Of a stretch of DNA of 64,000 nucleotides, positions 48,952 to 59,857 are shown in pieces (position 1 is the stretch's first letter; every line of letters begins with the position of its first letter). The notes under the pieces are model-generated. The model saw only the letters and a program-made list of their open reading frames with translations. It did no database searches and was not told the DNA's origin. Where the stretch lies: positions 161,046-225,045 of the forward strand of contig JAMFSS010000006.1 in the NCBI GenBank assembly GCA_026225415.1, given 5' to 3'. Position numbers and translations under genes: made by a program. Origin of the DNA: Alphaproteobacteria bacterium. Lineage in GTDB: Bacteria; Pseudomonadota; Alphaproteobacteria; UBA9219.

Positions 48952-50271
48952 TTATTTCCCAATACAGAAATCGCGGAAAATGATGTCGAGCAAATCTTCG
49001 ACATCAACCCGTCCCGTAATGCGCCCCAGACTGCGCATCGCCAAACGCACATCTTCGGCGCGCATATCGGCCATCGGTGCTGCCAAGGCACGATCCAGAT
49101 GTGCCACAGAATCCTCCAACGCGGCGCGGTGACGGGCGCGGGTAAGGGGCGGCGTTGTTTGATTGTCGAACCTTTGCGCGATCTCGCTACCAATTTTTTG
49201 TAACAAGGCATCAATGCCCGCACCTGTTTTGGCGGAGATTGGAAGCGCGCGTGGTTCGGTGGTTGAAGGCTGCGAGATATCGGCCTTGTTCCAAACCACA
49301 ATCGTATTTTCATCAATCAGTTTTTTGGTCTCGTCATCGGGCGCGGTGCCATCCAAAACCACCAGTTTTAAATCGGCTTGTGCTGCGCGGGCGCGGGCGC
49401 GGTGGATGCCTTCATTTTCAATGTCATTTTCACCAATCCGCAATCCGGCGGTATCGGCAAGGATAACGGCATAGCCGTTAATATCCAAATGCACATCGAT
49501 TATATCGCGCGTGGTGCCTGCGGTGGGCGAAACAATCGCGGCATCGCGCCGCGCAAGGGCATTGAGCAAGGATGACTTGCCGGCATTGGGCGCACCCAGT
49601 AACACGATGGAAAAACCATCGCGCAACCGTTCGCCGCGATGATTATCGTTTAAATGTGCCGCGATGGCATCGCGCAATTTGCGCAATTCTACATTTTGTT
49701 TTTCCACCATATCGGCGGGCAGTTCCTCATCGGAAAAATCTATCGCCGCTTCCATATACGCCAAACCACGCGACAATGTTACACGCCAATTTTTATAAAG
49801 CGCGCCTAACGCCCCGCCCATTTGCCGCAAAGCCTGCTTGCGTTGCGCTTCGGTATCGGCATGAACCAGATCGGCGATGGCTTCGGCTTCGGTCAAATCC
49901 ATCTTGCCGTTTTCAAACGCGCGGCGGGTAAATTCTCCGGCTTCGGCTAGCCTGTAATTTGGCAATGTTTGAAGAATATCGATAACGGCGTTTGAAACGG
50001 CGCGACCGCCATGGGTGTGGAATTCCACCACATCCTCGCCGGTAAAAGAATGCGGCGCGGCGAAATACAGAACCAGGGCCTTGTCTATGAGATCGCCCGT
50101 TACCGGATGTTTAATCTCGCGCAACATTGCCATGCGCGGCGCGGGGACATCATTCGGTGCGCATAATTTTGTTATCGCCTGTGCGGCCTCGCACCCCGAA
50201 ATGCGAAACACGGCAACACCGGCTTTGCCTGCCGCAGACGCGGGCGCGAAGATTGTTTGGTTATTGTTCAT
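48952..50271 (-). CDS. mnmE: tRNA modification GTPase MnmE
   Basis: G-domain motifs GAPNAGKSSLLNAL and DTAG. C-terminal CIGK. Confidence 0.9.
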   Translation of the reverse strand: MNNNQTIFAPASAAGKAGVAVFRISGCEAAQAITKLCAPNDVPAPRMAMLREIKHPVTGDLIDKALVLYFAAPHSFTGEDVVEFHTHGGRAVSNAVIDILQTLPNYRLAEAGEFTRRAFENGKMDLTEAEAIADLVHADTEAQRKQALRQMGGALGALYKNWRVTLSRGLAYMEAAIDFSDEELPADMVEKQNVELRKLRDAIAAHLNDNHRGERLRDGFSIVLLGAPNAGKSSLLNALARRDAAIVSPTAGTTRDIIDVHLDINGYAVILADTAGLRIGENDIENEGIHRARARAAQADLKLVVLDGTAPDDETKKLIDENTIVVWNKADISQPSTTEPRALPISAKTGAGIDALLQKIGSEIAQRFDNQTTPPLTRARHRAALEDSVAHLDRALAAPMADMRAEDVRLAMRSLGRITGRVDVEDLLDIIFRDFCIGK

Positions 50272-50584
50272 TGGGGACAAGTAGCCGCGCAACCTTTTTG
50301 CCCTGCTGCAAATGGCTGATTAAAATTTCATCGATATCGGATTCATTCTTAGGCGAATACCACACGCCTTCGGGATAAATCACCATCACGGGGCCATATT
50401 CGCATCTGTCCAAACATCCTGCGCCGTTCACGCGCGTTTCGCGAATACCCAACTCCTTGGCGCGCTTCTTCATATAATTGCGCAAATCCTCGCTGCCCTT
50501 GGTGGCGCAACAACCTTTTTTATGGTTGTCCGGCCTGCGGTTGGTGCAGACGAAAACATGATGTTCAAAATAAAGTTCGTTCAT
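50261..50584 (-). CDS. thioredoxin-like [2Fe-2S] ferredoxin domain protein
   Basis: Cys pattern C..CC...C...C (FVCTNRR, GCCA, CLDRC). 107 aa. Overlaps both neighbours. Confidence 0.55.
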   Translation of the reverse strand: MNELYFEHHVFVCTNRRPDNHKKGCCATKGSEDLRNYMKKRAKELGIRETRVNGAGCLDRCEYGPVMVIYPEGVWYSPKNESDIDEILISHLQQGKKVARLLVPNEQ

Positions 50585-51687
50585 TCTTTCCTCACCAACT
50601 CTCCGACATAATCGCCAATTGCCAGCGACGATGTCAAACCGGGCGACTCGATACCATAAAGACAGACCAGATTGCGAATCCCATGTGCGGATGTGTCTTG
50701 AATCATAAAATCCGTATCATGCGGGCTGGCGCGGCCAATTTTGGGGCGAATACCGCAATAATCCGGTTGCAACGCACCGGAAGGCAAACCCGGCCAGTAA
50801 CGACGCACCGCCTCTTCAAATTGCGGCAAACGGTGTGGGTCGACATGGTAATCAATCTGTTCAACCCATTCCACATCGGGGCCGAAACGCACGCGCCCCG
50901 CAATATCGCAAAACGCATGCAGGCCTGACGATCCCAAAACGGGCAGGGGATAAATCAACATCGAAAAAGGTTGCCTGCCGGTCAGCGAAAAATAATTACC
51001 CTTGGCCAAAACTTGCGGCGGCACCGTTGCGGCATCCAAACCGCGCAGATTGCGCCCGACATTTTGTGCGCCCAATCCTGCGGCATTAATCAGGTATGTG
51101 CAGGAAATTTGCGAAGGCGCATCACCCGCCACATCCAGCACAAAACCATCATCGGTAATCGCGCCGCCGGTAACGAGCGTTTTCAACGCGATCATTGCGC
51201 CTGCTTCTTCGGCGTCGCCTTCCAGTGCCAGCATGTAAGGATGCACATCGATAATGCCGGTCATTGGCGCGTGCAGGGCGGCTGTGCAAAAAACCTCCGG
51301 CTCCATCGCATGTGCCTCGTCGGGCGTTATCAGGCGCAAACCCGTCACGCCATTTTGTTCGGCGATATGCTGCCATTCTTTCAATTTCGTAATTTGTGCC
51401 TCATCAGTCGCCACAATCAACTTGCCGCAATTTTTGTGCGGAATACCGCGCGTCTGCGCATAGGCGTATAATTTCTTGCGGCCCTCGACACACAAACGCG
51501 CCTTCAAACTGCCCGGCTTGTAATAAATGCCGGCATGAATAACGCCACTATTGCGCGAACTGGTCGCGGTGCCGGGTGTCGTTTCCGATTCCAGAACCAA
51601 CACCTCATGCCCTTGTTGCGCCAAACGCCGCGCAATGGCCAAACCCACCACGCCCGCGCCGATAATGATTGTCTCTATACGATCCAT
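50581..51687 (-). CDS. FAD-dependent oxidoreductase (DAO family; L-2-hydroxyglutarate oxidase-like)
   Basis: IIIGAGVVGLAIARRLAQQGHEVLVLE Rossmann motif. About 368 aa. Confidence 0.7.
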   Translation of the reverse strand: MDRIETIIIGAGVVGLAIARRLAQQGHEVLVLESETTPGTATSSRNSGVIHAGIYYKPGSLKARLCVEGRKKLYAYAQTRGIPHKNCGKLIVATDEAQITKLKEWQHIAEQNGVTGLRLITPDEAHAMEPEVFCTAALHAPMTGIIDVHPYMLALEGDAEEAGAMIALKTLVTGGAITDDGFVLDVAGDAPSQISCTYLINAAGLGAQNVGRNLRGLDAATVPPQVLAKGNYFSLTGRQPFSMLIYPLPVLGSSGLHAFCDIAGRVRFGPDVEWVEQIDYHVDPHRLPQFEEAVRRYWPGLPSGALQPDYCGIRPKIGRASPHDTDFMIQDTSAHGIRNLVCLYGIESPGLTSSLAIGDYVGELVRKE

Positions 51688-51789
51688 ATTTAATTCTAAC
51701 GCGAAAGGCGTGGTAAATGAAGGGGCGACTTGCAATTCGTTCTATTTAGGACAAAGCTTCACCAGCTTCTTTCAGTCAAGGTTCTCTTT

Positions 51790-52383
51790 ATGCAATCAAC
51801 TGCGACAGTATCCTATACCCGTACCGCCAAAATCCTGCATTGGCTTATCGCGCTGGCGATACTCTTTATGCTGGCGCTGGGATGGAGTTTCGGTTTTCTC
51901 CCCAAAGGTGAAACGAAATTCGCGTTGCTACAGCTGCATAAATCAATCGGCATCACCATTCTGGCGCTCAGTGTTTTTCGCCTTGTCTGGCGGTTGTTGC
52001 ATCGCGCCCCGCCTTTGCCTGCCGCAATGCCGCGATGGGAACAGATGGCCGCGCATATCGGACATTTTTTGTTGTATGTCGCGATGATCGGCATGCCGCT
52101 GTCGGGTTGGGTGGTTGTATCAAGCGGCGGGCATAATATCCCGACCATCTTGTATGGCCTCATTACCTTGCCGAATCTTCCTGTTGCCGCCGATAATAAA
52201 CAAGCCGTGAATAATCTTGCCTTTAACGCGCATAGCTGGGGCGCTTATATTATGGCGGCACTTGTGGCGGGGCATGCGGCTGCTGCTTTGAAACATCATT
52301 TCATTTCGCGTGATGATATTCTGTTGCGTATGGCGCCAAAAGCCTGTGGAAATTTTCTCAACTGTTTAAGAGGTATAAAATGA
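51790..52383 (+). CDS. cybB: cytochrome b561 family protein
   Basis: Four TM helices with conserved His residues (HWLIALAI, HKSIG, HIGHF, AGHAAAALKHH). Paired with yceI. Confidence 0.75.
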   Translation: MQSTATVSYTRTAKILHWLIALAILFMLALGWSFGFLPKGETKFALLQLHKSIGITILALSVFRLVWRLLHRAPPLPAAMPRWEQMAAHIGHFLLYVAMIGMPLSGWVVVSSGGHNIPTILYGLITLPNLPVAADNKQAVNNLAFNAHSWGAYIMAALVAGHAAAALKHHFISRDDILLRMAPKACGNFLNCLRGIK

Positions 52384-52934
52384 AGAAACTTTTGTCTCTG
52401 ATTTTTCTGGCCGCCCTTTGCGCATCGGCACACGCCAGCGATTGGCAAGTGGATCCGGCGCACAGCATGCTTACTTTCACAGGCGACCAGAATGGCGAGA
52501 AATTTTCCGGCGGTTTTAAAAAATTCACCGCGCAAATTTCGCTCGACCCCGCGCATCCGGAAACAGGAAAAATTTCCGTCACTGTCGATACCTCGACCGC
52601 CTTTGCCGGAAGCAGCGACCGCGATGAATTGCTGCCGCAAAAAGAATGGTTCGATGTGGGCGTGTTTCCTCAGGCGCAATTCACCTCGACCACCATCCGC
52701 AAAATTTCCGAAGGCAGCTATGAGGCAGCCGGAACCCTGTCCATCAAGGGTATCAGCAAGAATGTAACGCTTCCCTTCACATTGGCACCCGAAGGGCCTT
52801 ATTGGCATGCGGTGGGCCATGTTTTGTTGATGCGTAACGATTTTGATGTCGGTTTGGGCATGTTTAAGGGCGAAAACTACGTCAAAAACGGCGTGGATTT
52901 GGGGTTTGATTTAATGGCCAGACCCAATTCATAA
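52380..52934 (+). CDS. yceI: YceI family periplasmic protein
   Basis: Signal peptide, then WQVDPAHSMLTF, typical of YceI. Confidence 0.8.
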   Translation: MKKLLSLIFLAALCASAHASDWQVDPAHSMLTFTGDQNGEKFSGGFKKFTAQISLDPAHPETGKISVTVDTSTAFAGSSDRDELLPQKEWFDVGVFPQAQFTSTTIRKISEGSYEAAGTLSIKGISKNVTLPFTLAPEGPYWHAVGHVLLMRNDFDVGLGMFKGENYVKNGVDLGFDLMARPNS

Positions 52935-53170
52935 AAACAACTCATTGATATATAACGATTTATATTGTTTCGTGAGCGAAACAATAACGCTATCCTTGCT
53001 TTTCTCGCGCCAAAAGCATAAGAATAGCGCCGTTCGGGGGGTGTTCCTCTGCACGTAACTTAAAAACTCACATATGTTCGGCTTTTGCGGTCAATCCCGC
53101 ACTTGCCATCCGGTGCTTGAAATTCAAGTACACAACATATGGTGGTCTAACCGGAAAAGGAAATACGCAC

Positions 53171-53962
53171 ATGACGATGCCAATCGTTACTCTCCGCCAA
53201 TTATTCGAAGCTGGCGTTCATTTCGGCCATAACACGCGCCGCTGGAACCCCAAGATGCAAGCCTATCTTTTCGGCGTGCGCAACAATGTCCACATCATCG
53301 ATCTGGAACAAACCGTTCCCCTGTTCCAACGCGCGTTGCAACAATTGCGTGACACCGCTGCCTCGGGCGGTCGCGTGCTGTTCGTTGGCACCAAGCGTCA
53401 GGCGGCCGACAAAGTAGCCGATGCCGCCAAGCGTTGCGGCCAATATTATGTGAATCACCGTTGGTTGGGTGGCATGCTCACCAACTGGAAAACCATTTCG
53501 CAATCCATCAAGCGTTTGCGCGAAATCGACGACAAGCTGACATCGACGTCGCACAAAGTGACGAAGAAGGAAGCGCTCGGCATGTCGCGCGATCGCGACA
53601 AGCTGGAAAAGGCATTGGGCGGCATCAAGGATATGGGCGGCTTGCCTGATCTGATCTTCGTCATCGACACTTTGAAGGAAGACATCGCGATCGCCGAAGC
53701 CGTGAAACTGGGCATCCCCGTTATCGCCATCGTCGACAGCAATTCAGACCCCGCCAGCATCACCTTCCCGATCCCGGGTAATGACGACGCTTCGCGCGCG
53801 ATCGATCTGTATTGTGAATTGGCGTCGCAGGCCATTCTGGATGGTATCGAAGCCGAAATCGGTTCGAACGCCAAGGCCAAGGGCAAGGATCTGGGCGCTT
53901 CGGATGTTGTGCCAGCCAGCGAAACAACGATCGAAGAAACCAAAACCGCCGTTAATGGCTAA
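53171..53962 (+). CDS. rpsB: 30S ribosomal protein S2
   Basis: [21 protein letters not shown]-terminus. AAGGA RBS. Confidence 0.95.
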   Translation: MTMPIVTLRQLFEAGVHFGHNTRRWNPKMQAYLFGVRNNVHIIDLEQTVPLFQRALQQLRDTAASGGRVLFVGTKRQAADKVADAAKRCGQYYVNHRWLGGMLTNWKTISQSIKRLREIDDKLTSTSHKVTKKEALGMSRDRDKLEKALGGIKDMGGLPDLIFVIDTLKEDIAIAEAVKLGIPVIAIVDSNSDPASITFPIPGNDDASRAIDLYCELASQAILDGIEAEIGSNAKAKGKDLGASDVVPASETTIEETKTAVNG

Positions 53963-54073
53963 GTGTAAGTGAGAGAGATAGAAGGAGCGAAGACGGGACA
54001 AGAGCAAAATTTTTCTCTTAATCCCTCTAACCCCTTCTATGCTCCTCTTCCCTCTTTTTATTTGGAGAACCAA
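53963..54073. repeat. polypurine/polypyrimidine imperfect inverted repeat in the rpsB-tsf spacer
   Basis: gtgagagagatagaaggagcgaagacgggacaagagcaaaa / tctcttaatccctctaaccccttctatgctcctcttccctcttt. Confidence 0.45.
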
Positions 54074-54994
54074 ATGACCGAAATCACCGCAACACTGATT
54101 AAAGATTTGCGCGAAAAAACCGGCGCCGGCATGATGGATTGCAAAAAAGCTTTAACTGAAGCCGCAGGCGACATGGATGCCGCTGTGGATTGGCTGCGTA
54201 AAAAAGGCCTGTCGGCTGCCGCCAAAAAATCCGGTCGCGTCGCGGCTGAGGGTTTGGTTGCTGTCGCTTCATCGGGCACGAAGGCCGTGATTGTCGAAAT
54301 CAACGCCGAAACCGATTTCGTCGCGCGCAGCGAACAATTCCAATCTTTCGTTCTGGCTTCGGCCAAGGTTGCGTTGGAAACCGGCGCGGATGCGGAAGCG
54401 TTGAAGACTACCAAACTGGCCGATGGCACAACGGTCGAAGCGTCGCTCACCAATCTGGTTGCCACCATCGGCGAAAATATGGCGCTGCGCCGCGTGGCGC
54501 ATCTGTCGGTATCGCAAGGCATCGTGGCGTCCTATGTGCATAACGCGCTAGCGCCAAACCTTGGCAAAATCGGCGTGTTGGTCGCGCTTGAATCTTCGGC
54601 TGATGCCGCCAAGTTGCAAGAACTCGGCAAGCAAATCGCGATGCATGTCGCAGCATCCCGTCCCGAAGCATTGAGCATCGCCGATGTCGACACCAAATCG
54701 CTCGACCGTGAACGCAACGTGTTGGCCGATCAGGCCCGCGCATCGGGCAAGCCGGAAGAAATCATCGCCAAGATGGTCGATGGCCGCTTGCGTAAATATT
54801 ACGAAGAAGTCGTGTTGATGGAACAGATCTATGTCGTCGACGGTGAAAGCCGCATCGCGCAGGTTGTCGAAAAAGCCTCCAAAACTTTGGGCGCGCCTGT
54901 CAAACTGACCGGCTTTGTGCGTTACCAATTGGGCGAAGGCATTGAAAAGACAGTCGACGATTTTGCTGCCGAAGTCGCTAAAATGGCTTCGTAA
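54074..54994 (+). CDS. tsf: elongation factor Ts
   Basis: [34 protein letters not shown]. Confidence 0.95.
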   Translation: MTEITATLIKDLREKTGAGMMDCKKALTEAAGDMDAAVDWLRKKGLSAAAKKSGRVAAEGLVAVASSGTKAVIVEINAETDFVARSEQFQSFVLASAKVALETGADAEALKTTKLADGTTVEASLTNLVATIGENMALRRVAHLSVSQGIVASYVHNALAPNLGKIGVLVALESSADAAKLQELGKQIAMHVAASRPEALSIADVDTKSLDRERNVLADQARASGKPEEIIAKMVDGRLRKYYEEVVLMEQIYVVDGESRIAQVVEKASKTLGAPVKLTGFVRYQLGEGIEKTVDDFAAEVAKMAS

Positions 54995-55010
54995 GATTAC
55001 CACGACAAAG

Positions 55011-55048
55011 AAAAACCCCGCATCGGGAAACCGGTGCGGGGTTTTTTA
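55011..55048. terminator. bidirectional rho-independent terminator after tsf
   Basis: AAAAA-ccccgca-tcgggaaaccgg-tgcgggg-TTTTTT. Confidence 0.75.
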
Positions 55049-55486
55049 TCAGGGTTGTGGAAATTCTGGTGATATTTTGCTTGCGCCGGGTCTGGCCGCA
55101 AGATTTTTCAAGTGAAGCCGCATACCGGTAATAAGCATATCGGGTTTTTGAATAATCCCTGCGGGCGGACGGGTTGCATATTCAGGCAAACCGCGAATAT
55201 GCGCCATAATGGTCGAAATATTCGTGGCAGAAATAAAATAGAAATCTATAGTGGGCTGTGTCCGAACGGCAAGTTGGTAAAGATCAACGCCGCCACTGAT
55301 GGCGGAATGAATTCCGCGATAGCTGAAATCCGAAAAAATCACATCATAATCATACGTCATCAGGAAATCGGCGGCTTCCCTATAATTAACGGCTGTGTAA
55401 AGCGTATCATCGGGATAGTTGCGGCCAAAAGACCGGGCACTTGGTTCACGAAGCCCCTTATCATCTTCAACATACAGAACGCGCAT
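55049..55486 (-). CDS. stand-alone response regulator receiver domain protein (CheY-like)
   Basis: MRVLYVEDD, an acidic residue in DVIFSDFS, conserved T (FISATN) and K (IQKPD). Lower-GC locus. Confidence 0.5.
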   Translation of the reverse strand: MRVLYVEDDKGLREPSARSFGRNYPDDTLYTAVNYREAADFLMTYDYDVIFSDFSYRGIHSAISGGVDLYQLAVRTQPTIDFYFISATNISTIMAHIRGLPEYATRPPAGIIQKPDMLITGMRLHLKNLAARPGASKISPEFPQP

Positions 55487-55614
55487 ATTTTTTCCTTTGC
55501 GAATACCTGCACGAATTTAATGTTTTTCTTTATTTTCATCAATAAGTTTCCACCTGTTCTTTGCCGCCCAAACTTGTATAATCACCAGGTTTTACAGGTT
55601 CCAAGGAATTAACT

Positions 55615-56364
55615 ATGTCGTCTTCCCATCTTGCGGAGAAAAACCCCATGCCCGTCCCCACACGCTACAAACGCGTTCTGTTAAAAATATCGGGCGAAGC
55701 CTTGATGGGCACGCGCGATTACGGGCTTGATCCCGCGATTGTCGAACGCGTCGCAGGCGAAATCAAAACAGTGGTGGCGATGGGTGTCGAAGTCTGTCTG
55801 GTTATCGGCGGCGGCAATATCTTCCGCGGCGTTTCCGGCGCGGCGCAAGGTATGGACCGCGCGGCGGCCGACTATATGGGCATGTTGGCGACCGTCATCA
55901 ACGCGCTCGCTATGCAAAACGCTTTGGAAAAAGCCGAAGTGCCGACGCGCGTATTGTCCGCTATCCCCATGTCGACGGTGTGTGAACCCTATATCCGCCG
56001 CAAAGCGCAACGCCATATGGAAAAAGGCCGCGTAGTGATTTTCGCCGCCGGAACCGGCAACCCGTTTTTCACGACCGACAGCGCAGCCGCGCTCCGCGCC
56101 TCCGAAATGCAATGCGACGCGTTGCTGAAAGCCACCAAGGTCGACGGCGTTTACAGCGCCGACCCTGCCAAGGATAAAAACGCCACGCGTTATGACCGCC
56201 TCAGCTATATGGATGTGTTGTCGCAGGATTTGCAGGTGATGGACACCTCGGCCATTTCACTGGCGCGTCAAAGCAAAATTCCCATCCTCGTCTTCTCCAT
56301 CTTCGAACATGGCATGTTCGCCGAAGTGATGAAGGGCAAAGGCAAATTCACGATTGTGGACTAA
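55615..56364 (+). CDS. pyrH: UMP kinase
   Basis: [12 protein letters not shown] and [10 protein letters not shown] motifs. Confidence 0.95.
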   Translation: MSSSHLAEKNPMPVPTRYKRVLLKISGEALMGTRDYGLDPAIVERVAGEIKTVVAMGVEVCLVIGGGNIFRGVSGAAQGMDRAAADYMGMLATVINALAMQNALEKAEVPTRVLSAIPMSTVCEPYIRRKAQRHMEKGRVVIFAAGTGNPFFTTDSAAALRASEMQCDALLKATKVDGVYSADPAKDKNATRYDRLSYMDVLSQDLQVMDTSAISLARQSKIPILVFSIFEHGMFAEVMKGKGKFTIVD

Positions 56365-56905
56365 TAAACCGCAATCTTGGGGCAGGCGCCGGAAGGGTTG
56401 CAGCCGGATATTCGGTGCACAGCGCGGCTTCGATAGTACGCGCCAAGTGAAGACGCAGCTCCGTTGAAGGGCCGCTGAAATGAGCGGGGTCTATCTCGCT
56501 CAAAATTGCGCGGGCGCAGGCCAGAACTTTCTGCAAAGCTTTTAGCCCATGCGTGTTTTTCGGCAAGATGTCGGCGGCTTTCTCCTCAAATGCAGCAATG
56601 GCCGCATGCAAAGCGGGCGCCATCCTAAGGGCTAGCTCTATTTCATAGGGGATAAAAACCGTGTCGGAAAATTCATAAAACGCCTTTCCTCTTTGGTCGC
56701 TCCTCGCTATGGCAAAGAAAGCAGATTTGGTTTCTTGTCTCAGGGCATCAAGGGTGATGCGGTCTTCCTCCGATGAAAAATGGTTGGAGATGTAGCGCGA
56801 TTGCGACAGGGTGCAATCAATCGCGTGAAATGCCCAGGGAAGCTCGGAAACTAAATCCAATGTTAAAATCATAAATTTTTCCTCTAAAAAACTATTCTTA
56901 TTCAT
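56348..56905 (-). CDS. hypothetical protein inserted between pyrH and frr
   Basis: 185 aa ORF with no recognised family. Convergent 17 nt overlap with the pyrH 3' end. Confidence 0.4.
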   Translation of the reverse strand: MNKNSFLEEKFMILTLDLVSELPWAFHAIDCTLSQSRYISNHFSSEEDRITLDALRQETKSAFFAIARSDQRGKAFYEFSDTVFIPYEIELALRMAPALHAAIAAFEEKAADILPKNTHGLKALQKVLACARAILSEIDPAHFSGPSTELRLHLARTIEAALCTEYPAATLPAPAPRLRFISPQS

Positions 56906-57019
56906 GTCGCATGCTGCTAATACTCTGTTTCCTTTACCATTTCCGACCGCAGAATTTCAAGGAAAAATCCTTGGAATTCTGGTAATGAGAAACCGCTTCT
57001 TAGTTAACGCGAGGACAAA

Positions 57020-57556
57020 ATGAATCTTGATCAAACAAAACAACGTATGGAGGGTGCTATCGACGCGCTCCGTAAAGAATTTTCGGGCCTTCGCACCGGT
57101 CGCGCTTCGGTCAATCTGCTCGACAGTGTCATGGTCGATGCCTATGGCAGCCCCATGCCGCTTAATCAGGTCGGCACTGTGGGTGTTCCCGAACCGCGCC
57201 TTATTACGGTACAGGTCTGGGACAAAGGTTTGGTTAAGAATGTCGAAAAAGCCATTCGTGATGCCGGCCTTGGCCTCAACCCGCAACCAGATGGCCAGAT
57301 TATCCGCGTGCCCTTGCCGGACCTGAGTTCCGAACGCCGTCAGGAATTGGTGAAAATAGCAGGTAAATATACCGAACAAGCCCGTGTGGCGGTTCGTAAT
57401 GTGCGCCGCGATGCGATGGATGAGGTGAAAAAAGAAAAACTGTCCGAAGACGAAACCAAAGGACAAAACGACAAAGTCCAGAAACTGACCGACGACACCA
57501 TCAAGAAAATTGATGATCTGTTCACGGCCAAAGAAAAAGAAATCACGCAAGTGTAA
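57020..57556 (+). CDS. frr: ribosome recycling factor
   Basis: Full-length Frr-like sequence, 178 aa. Confidence 0.95.
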   Translation: MNLDQTKQRMEGAIDALRKEFSGLRTGRASVNLLDSVMVDAYGSPMPLNQVGTVGVPEPRLITVQVWDKGLVKNVEKAIRDAGLGLNPQPDGQIIRVPLPDLSSERRQELVKIAGKYTEQARVAVRNVRRDAMDEVKKEKLSEDETKGQNDKVQKLTDDTIKKIDDLFTAKEKEITQV

Positions 57557-58285
57557 ATGACTGAAATCGGCGCGCCTATCGTCCCCCTGCATGTCGCCAT
57601 TATTATGGATGGCAATGGCCGTTGGGCGAAATCACGCGGTCTGCCGCGTCCCTTGGGGCACCGCGCGGGCATCGAGGCGGTGCGCCGGACGATAACGGCA
57701 TCGGTCGATCAAGGCGTGGGTTATTTGACGCTTTACAGTTTTTCATCCGAAAACTGGCGGCGTCCGGACACCGAAATCGGCGAACTGATGGGCTTGCTGC
57801 GTTTCTATCTGCGCAGCGAACTGGCGAATTTGCATAAAGAACAGGTGCGCGTGCGCGTGATCGGCGAACGCAAGAAACTGCCCGTCGATATTGTCGAACT
57901 GATCGACCATGCCGAAGAACTAACGCATGAGAATAAAAAACTGACGCTAACGCTGGCGCTTAATTACGGCGGGCGGCAGGAAATCACCGCAGCCGCGCAT
58001 GGCCTCGCCAAAGCGGTCGAACGTGGCCAGCTGAAAGCCGACGCGATCGATGAACATGTGTTCCAATCATTTTTGTTCACCGGCGGCATGCCCGATCCCG
58101 ATCTGGTCATTCGCACCTCGGGCGAAAAACGCATCTCGAATTTCTTGCTATGGCAATCCGCTTACGCGGAATATGTCTTTATGGATGTGCTCTGGCCGGA
58201 TTTCGGCGGCGACCATCTGGCGCAGGCGATAGCCGAATTCAAATCCCGTGACCGCCGCTATGGCGCGACGGCGAGCAAGAGCTAA
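57557..58285 (+). CDS. uppS: undecaprenyl diphosphate synthase
   Basis: HVAIIMDGNGRWA motif. Confidence 0.95.
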   Translation: MTEIGAPIVPLHVAIIMDGNGRWAKSRGLPRPLGHRAGIEAVRRTITASVDQGVGYLTLYSFSSENWRRPDTEIGELMGLLRFYLRSELANLHKEQVRVRVIGERKKLPVDIVELIDHAEELTHENKKLTLTLALNYGGRQEITAAAHGLAKAVERGQLKADAIDEHVFQSFLFTGGMPDPDLVIRTSGEKRISNFLLWQSAYAEYVFMDVLWPDFGGDHLAQAIAEFKSRDRRYGATASKS

Positions 58286-58869
58286 TATTTGTCAATGTTC
58301 TTTAACATTTTGGCATATTCAACTTGATTAGCCGCCAGCATCAAATCAAAATTCTTGGCGAGCGCTGCGAGTAAAGATTCTAGCCACACCTTGTCGGCCT
58401 TGGCGAACGGGTTCAAAACATAATTGGAAACGACATCGCCTTTGACGATATCGCCCTGTTCCGTCATCGGGCGGCCAATACCCAAACGCACGCGCCAATA
58501 ATTCTGCCCCACTTGCGCGTCCATTGATTTCAAACCGTTATGGCCGCCGGTGCCGCCACCTTGTTTGATGCGGACCTGTCCGGGATCCAGGTCCAGATCA
58601 TCATGAAAAACAATAATCTGTTCGGGCTTCATCTGGTAAAATTGCATCGCCTCCAGCGCGGCTTCGCCGGAAAGATTCATGAATGTCTGTGGTTTCAGTA
58701 ATAAAAAACTTTCAGCTTGGGTAATCAGCCCGCGAAATTTTTTCTTCCACGCACCCGCGTGATACCGCGCCGCAATTTCGTCCACCGCCATAAAGCCAAT
58801 ATTATGCCGCGTGCGAATATACTCGTCGCCCGGATTGCCAAGACCGATGATAAGGTGGGTGTTGGACAT
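58282..58869 (-). CDS. pth: peptidyl-tRNA hydrolase
   Basis: LIIGLGNPGDEYIRTRHNIGF N-terminus. Confidence 0.9.
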   Translation of the reverse strand: MSNTHLIIGLGNPGDEYIRTRHNIGFMAVDEIAARYHAGAWKKKFRGLITQAESFLLLKPQTFMNLSGEAALEAMQFYQMKPEQIIVFHDDLDLDPGQVRIKQGGGTGGHNGLKSMDAQVGQNYWRVRLGIGRPMTEQGDIVKGDVVSNYVLNPFAKADKVWLESLLAALAKNFDLMLAANQVEYAKMLKNIDKY

Positions 58870-58914
58870 AAAGAAATGGGGTTGAGAAAGAAACCTCCCT
58901 CAACCCCTTATCCC

Positions 58915-59664
58915 TTACTTCTTCGCCGCAGGCTTGGCTGCAGGCTTAGCCGCAGCCGCAGGCGCCGCCTTGGCACCAGCCGCAGGAGCCGCACCAGCTT
59001 TCGCGCCGGCAGCAGGCGCCGCAGCACCAGCCGCAGGAACGGCAGCAACCGCAGCAGCAGGAGCCGCCGCATCCGCGTTTTCAGAACGAATGGCAGAAGG
59101 CACCGCAATCGTGGCGATGGTGAAATCTTTTTCATGCGTGGTCAGCGTAACGCCGGCGGGCAATTGCAATGCGCTCAAATGCACAGCTTCGTTGATCTGC
59201 AAACCTTCCAGGCTGACTTCGAAACGTGCGGGGATCTTGTCGGGCGCGCATGAAATTTCAATTTCATGATGCACGACGTTCAACGTACCGCCACGCTTGA
59301 TGCCGGGCGACTTGTCGGCATTGATAAAGGCGACAGGCACATTGACGCGCACGCGAGTGTTGGCCGAAACGCGCAGGAAATCGACATGCAACACGCGGTC
59401 GGAAACAGGATGGAATTGCACATCGCGTGGCAAAACGCGGTGCTTCTTGCCGTCCATTTCAATATCGAACAAACGGGTCATGAAACCCGCGACTTCCAAA
59501 TGACGAACCAGAATTTTGTTTTCGACCGAGATCAGGGCGGGCGCTTGCTTGTCGCCATAAATCACGGCGGGCACAAAGCCGGTCGCGCGGATTTCGCTGT
59601 TGGCGCCTTTGGTGGATTTGTTGCGCAGCGTTGCTGCCAGAGTGGTTGCTTCTTGTTTGGACAT
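58915..59664 (-). CDS. rplY: 50S ribosomal protein L25 / general stress protein Ctc with Ala/Pro/Lys-rich C-terminal tail
   Basis: L25/Ctc core plus a tail of about 55 aa (AAAPAAAVAAVPAAGAAAPAAGAKAGAAPAAGAKAAPAAAAKPAAKPAAKK). Confidence 0.85.
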   Translation of the reverse strand: MSKQEATTLAATLRNKSTKGANSEIRATGFVPAVIYGDKQAPALISVENKILVRHLEVAGFMTRLFDIEMDGKKHRVLPRDVQFHPVSDRVLHVDFLRVSANTRVRVNVPVAFINADKSPGIKRGGTLNVVHHEIEISCAPDKIPARFEVSLEGLQINEAVHLSALQLPAGVTLTTHEKDFTIATIAVPSAIRSENADAAAPAAAVAAVPAAGAAAPAAGAKAGAAPAAGAKAAPAAAAKPAAKPAAKK

Positions 59665-59857
59665 TTTGCTCTCCTAAAAACGGGAGAGACCGGGCGAATG
59701 GCTATTCGCTCAAAGCCGCCCCCTGACGTTAAATCTTCTATACCGGGCGGCCTCCAGGGGTGCCGTTCCGTCTTGCGGGTCAGTGAATAACAGGTTTTTC
59801 AGGCTAAAAGCGAGTCTTTTCTGCTAACCGCTAACCCCTTATCTTCGGGGGCTAATT

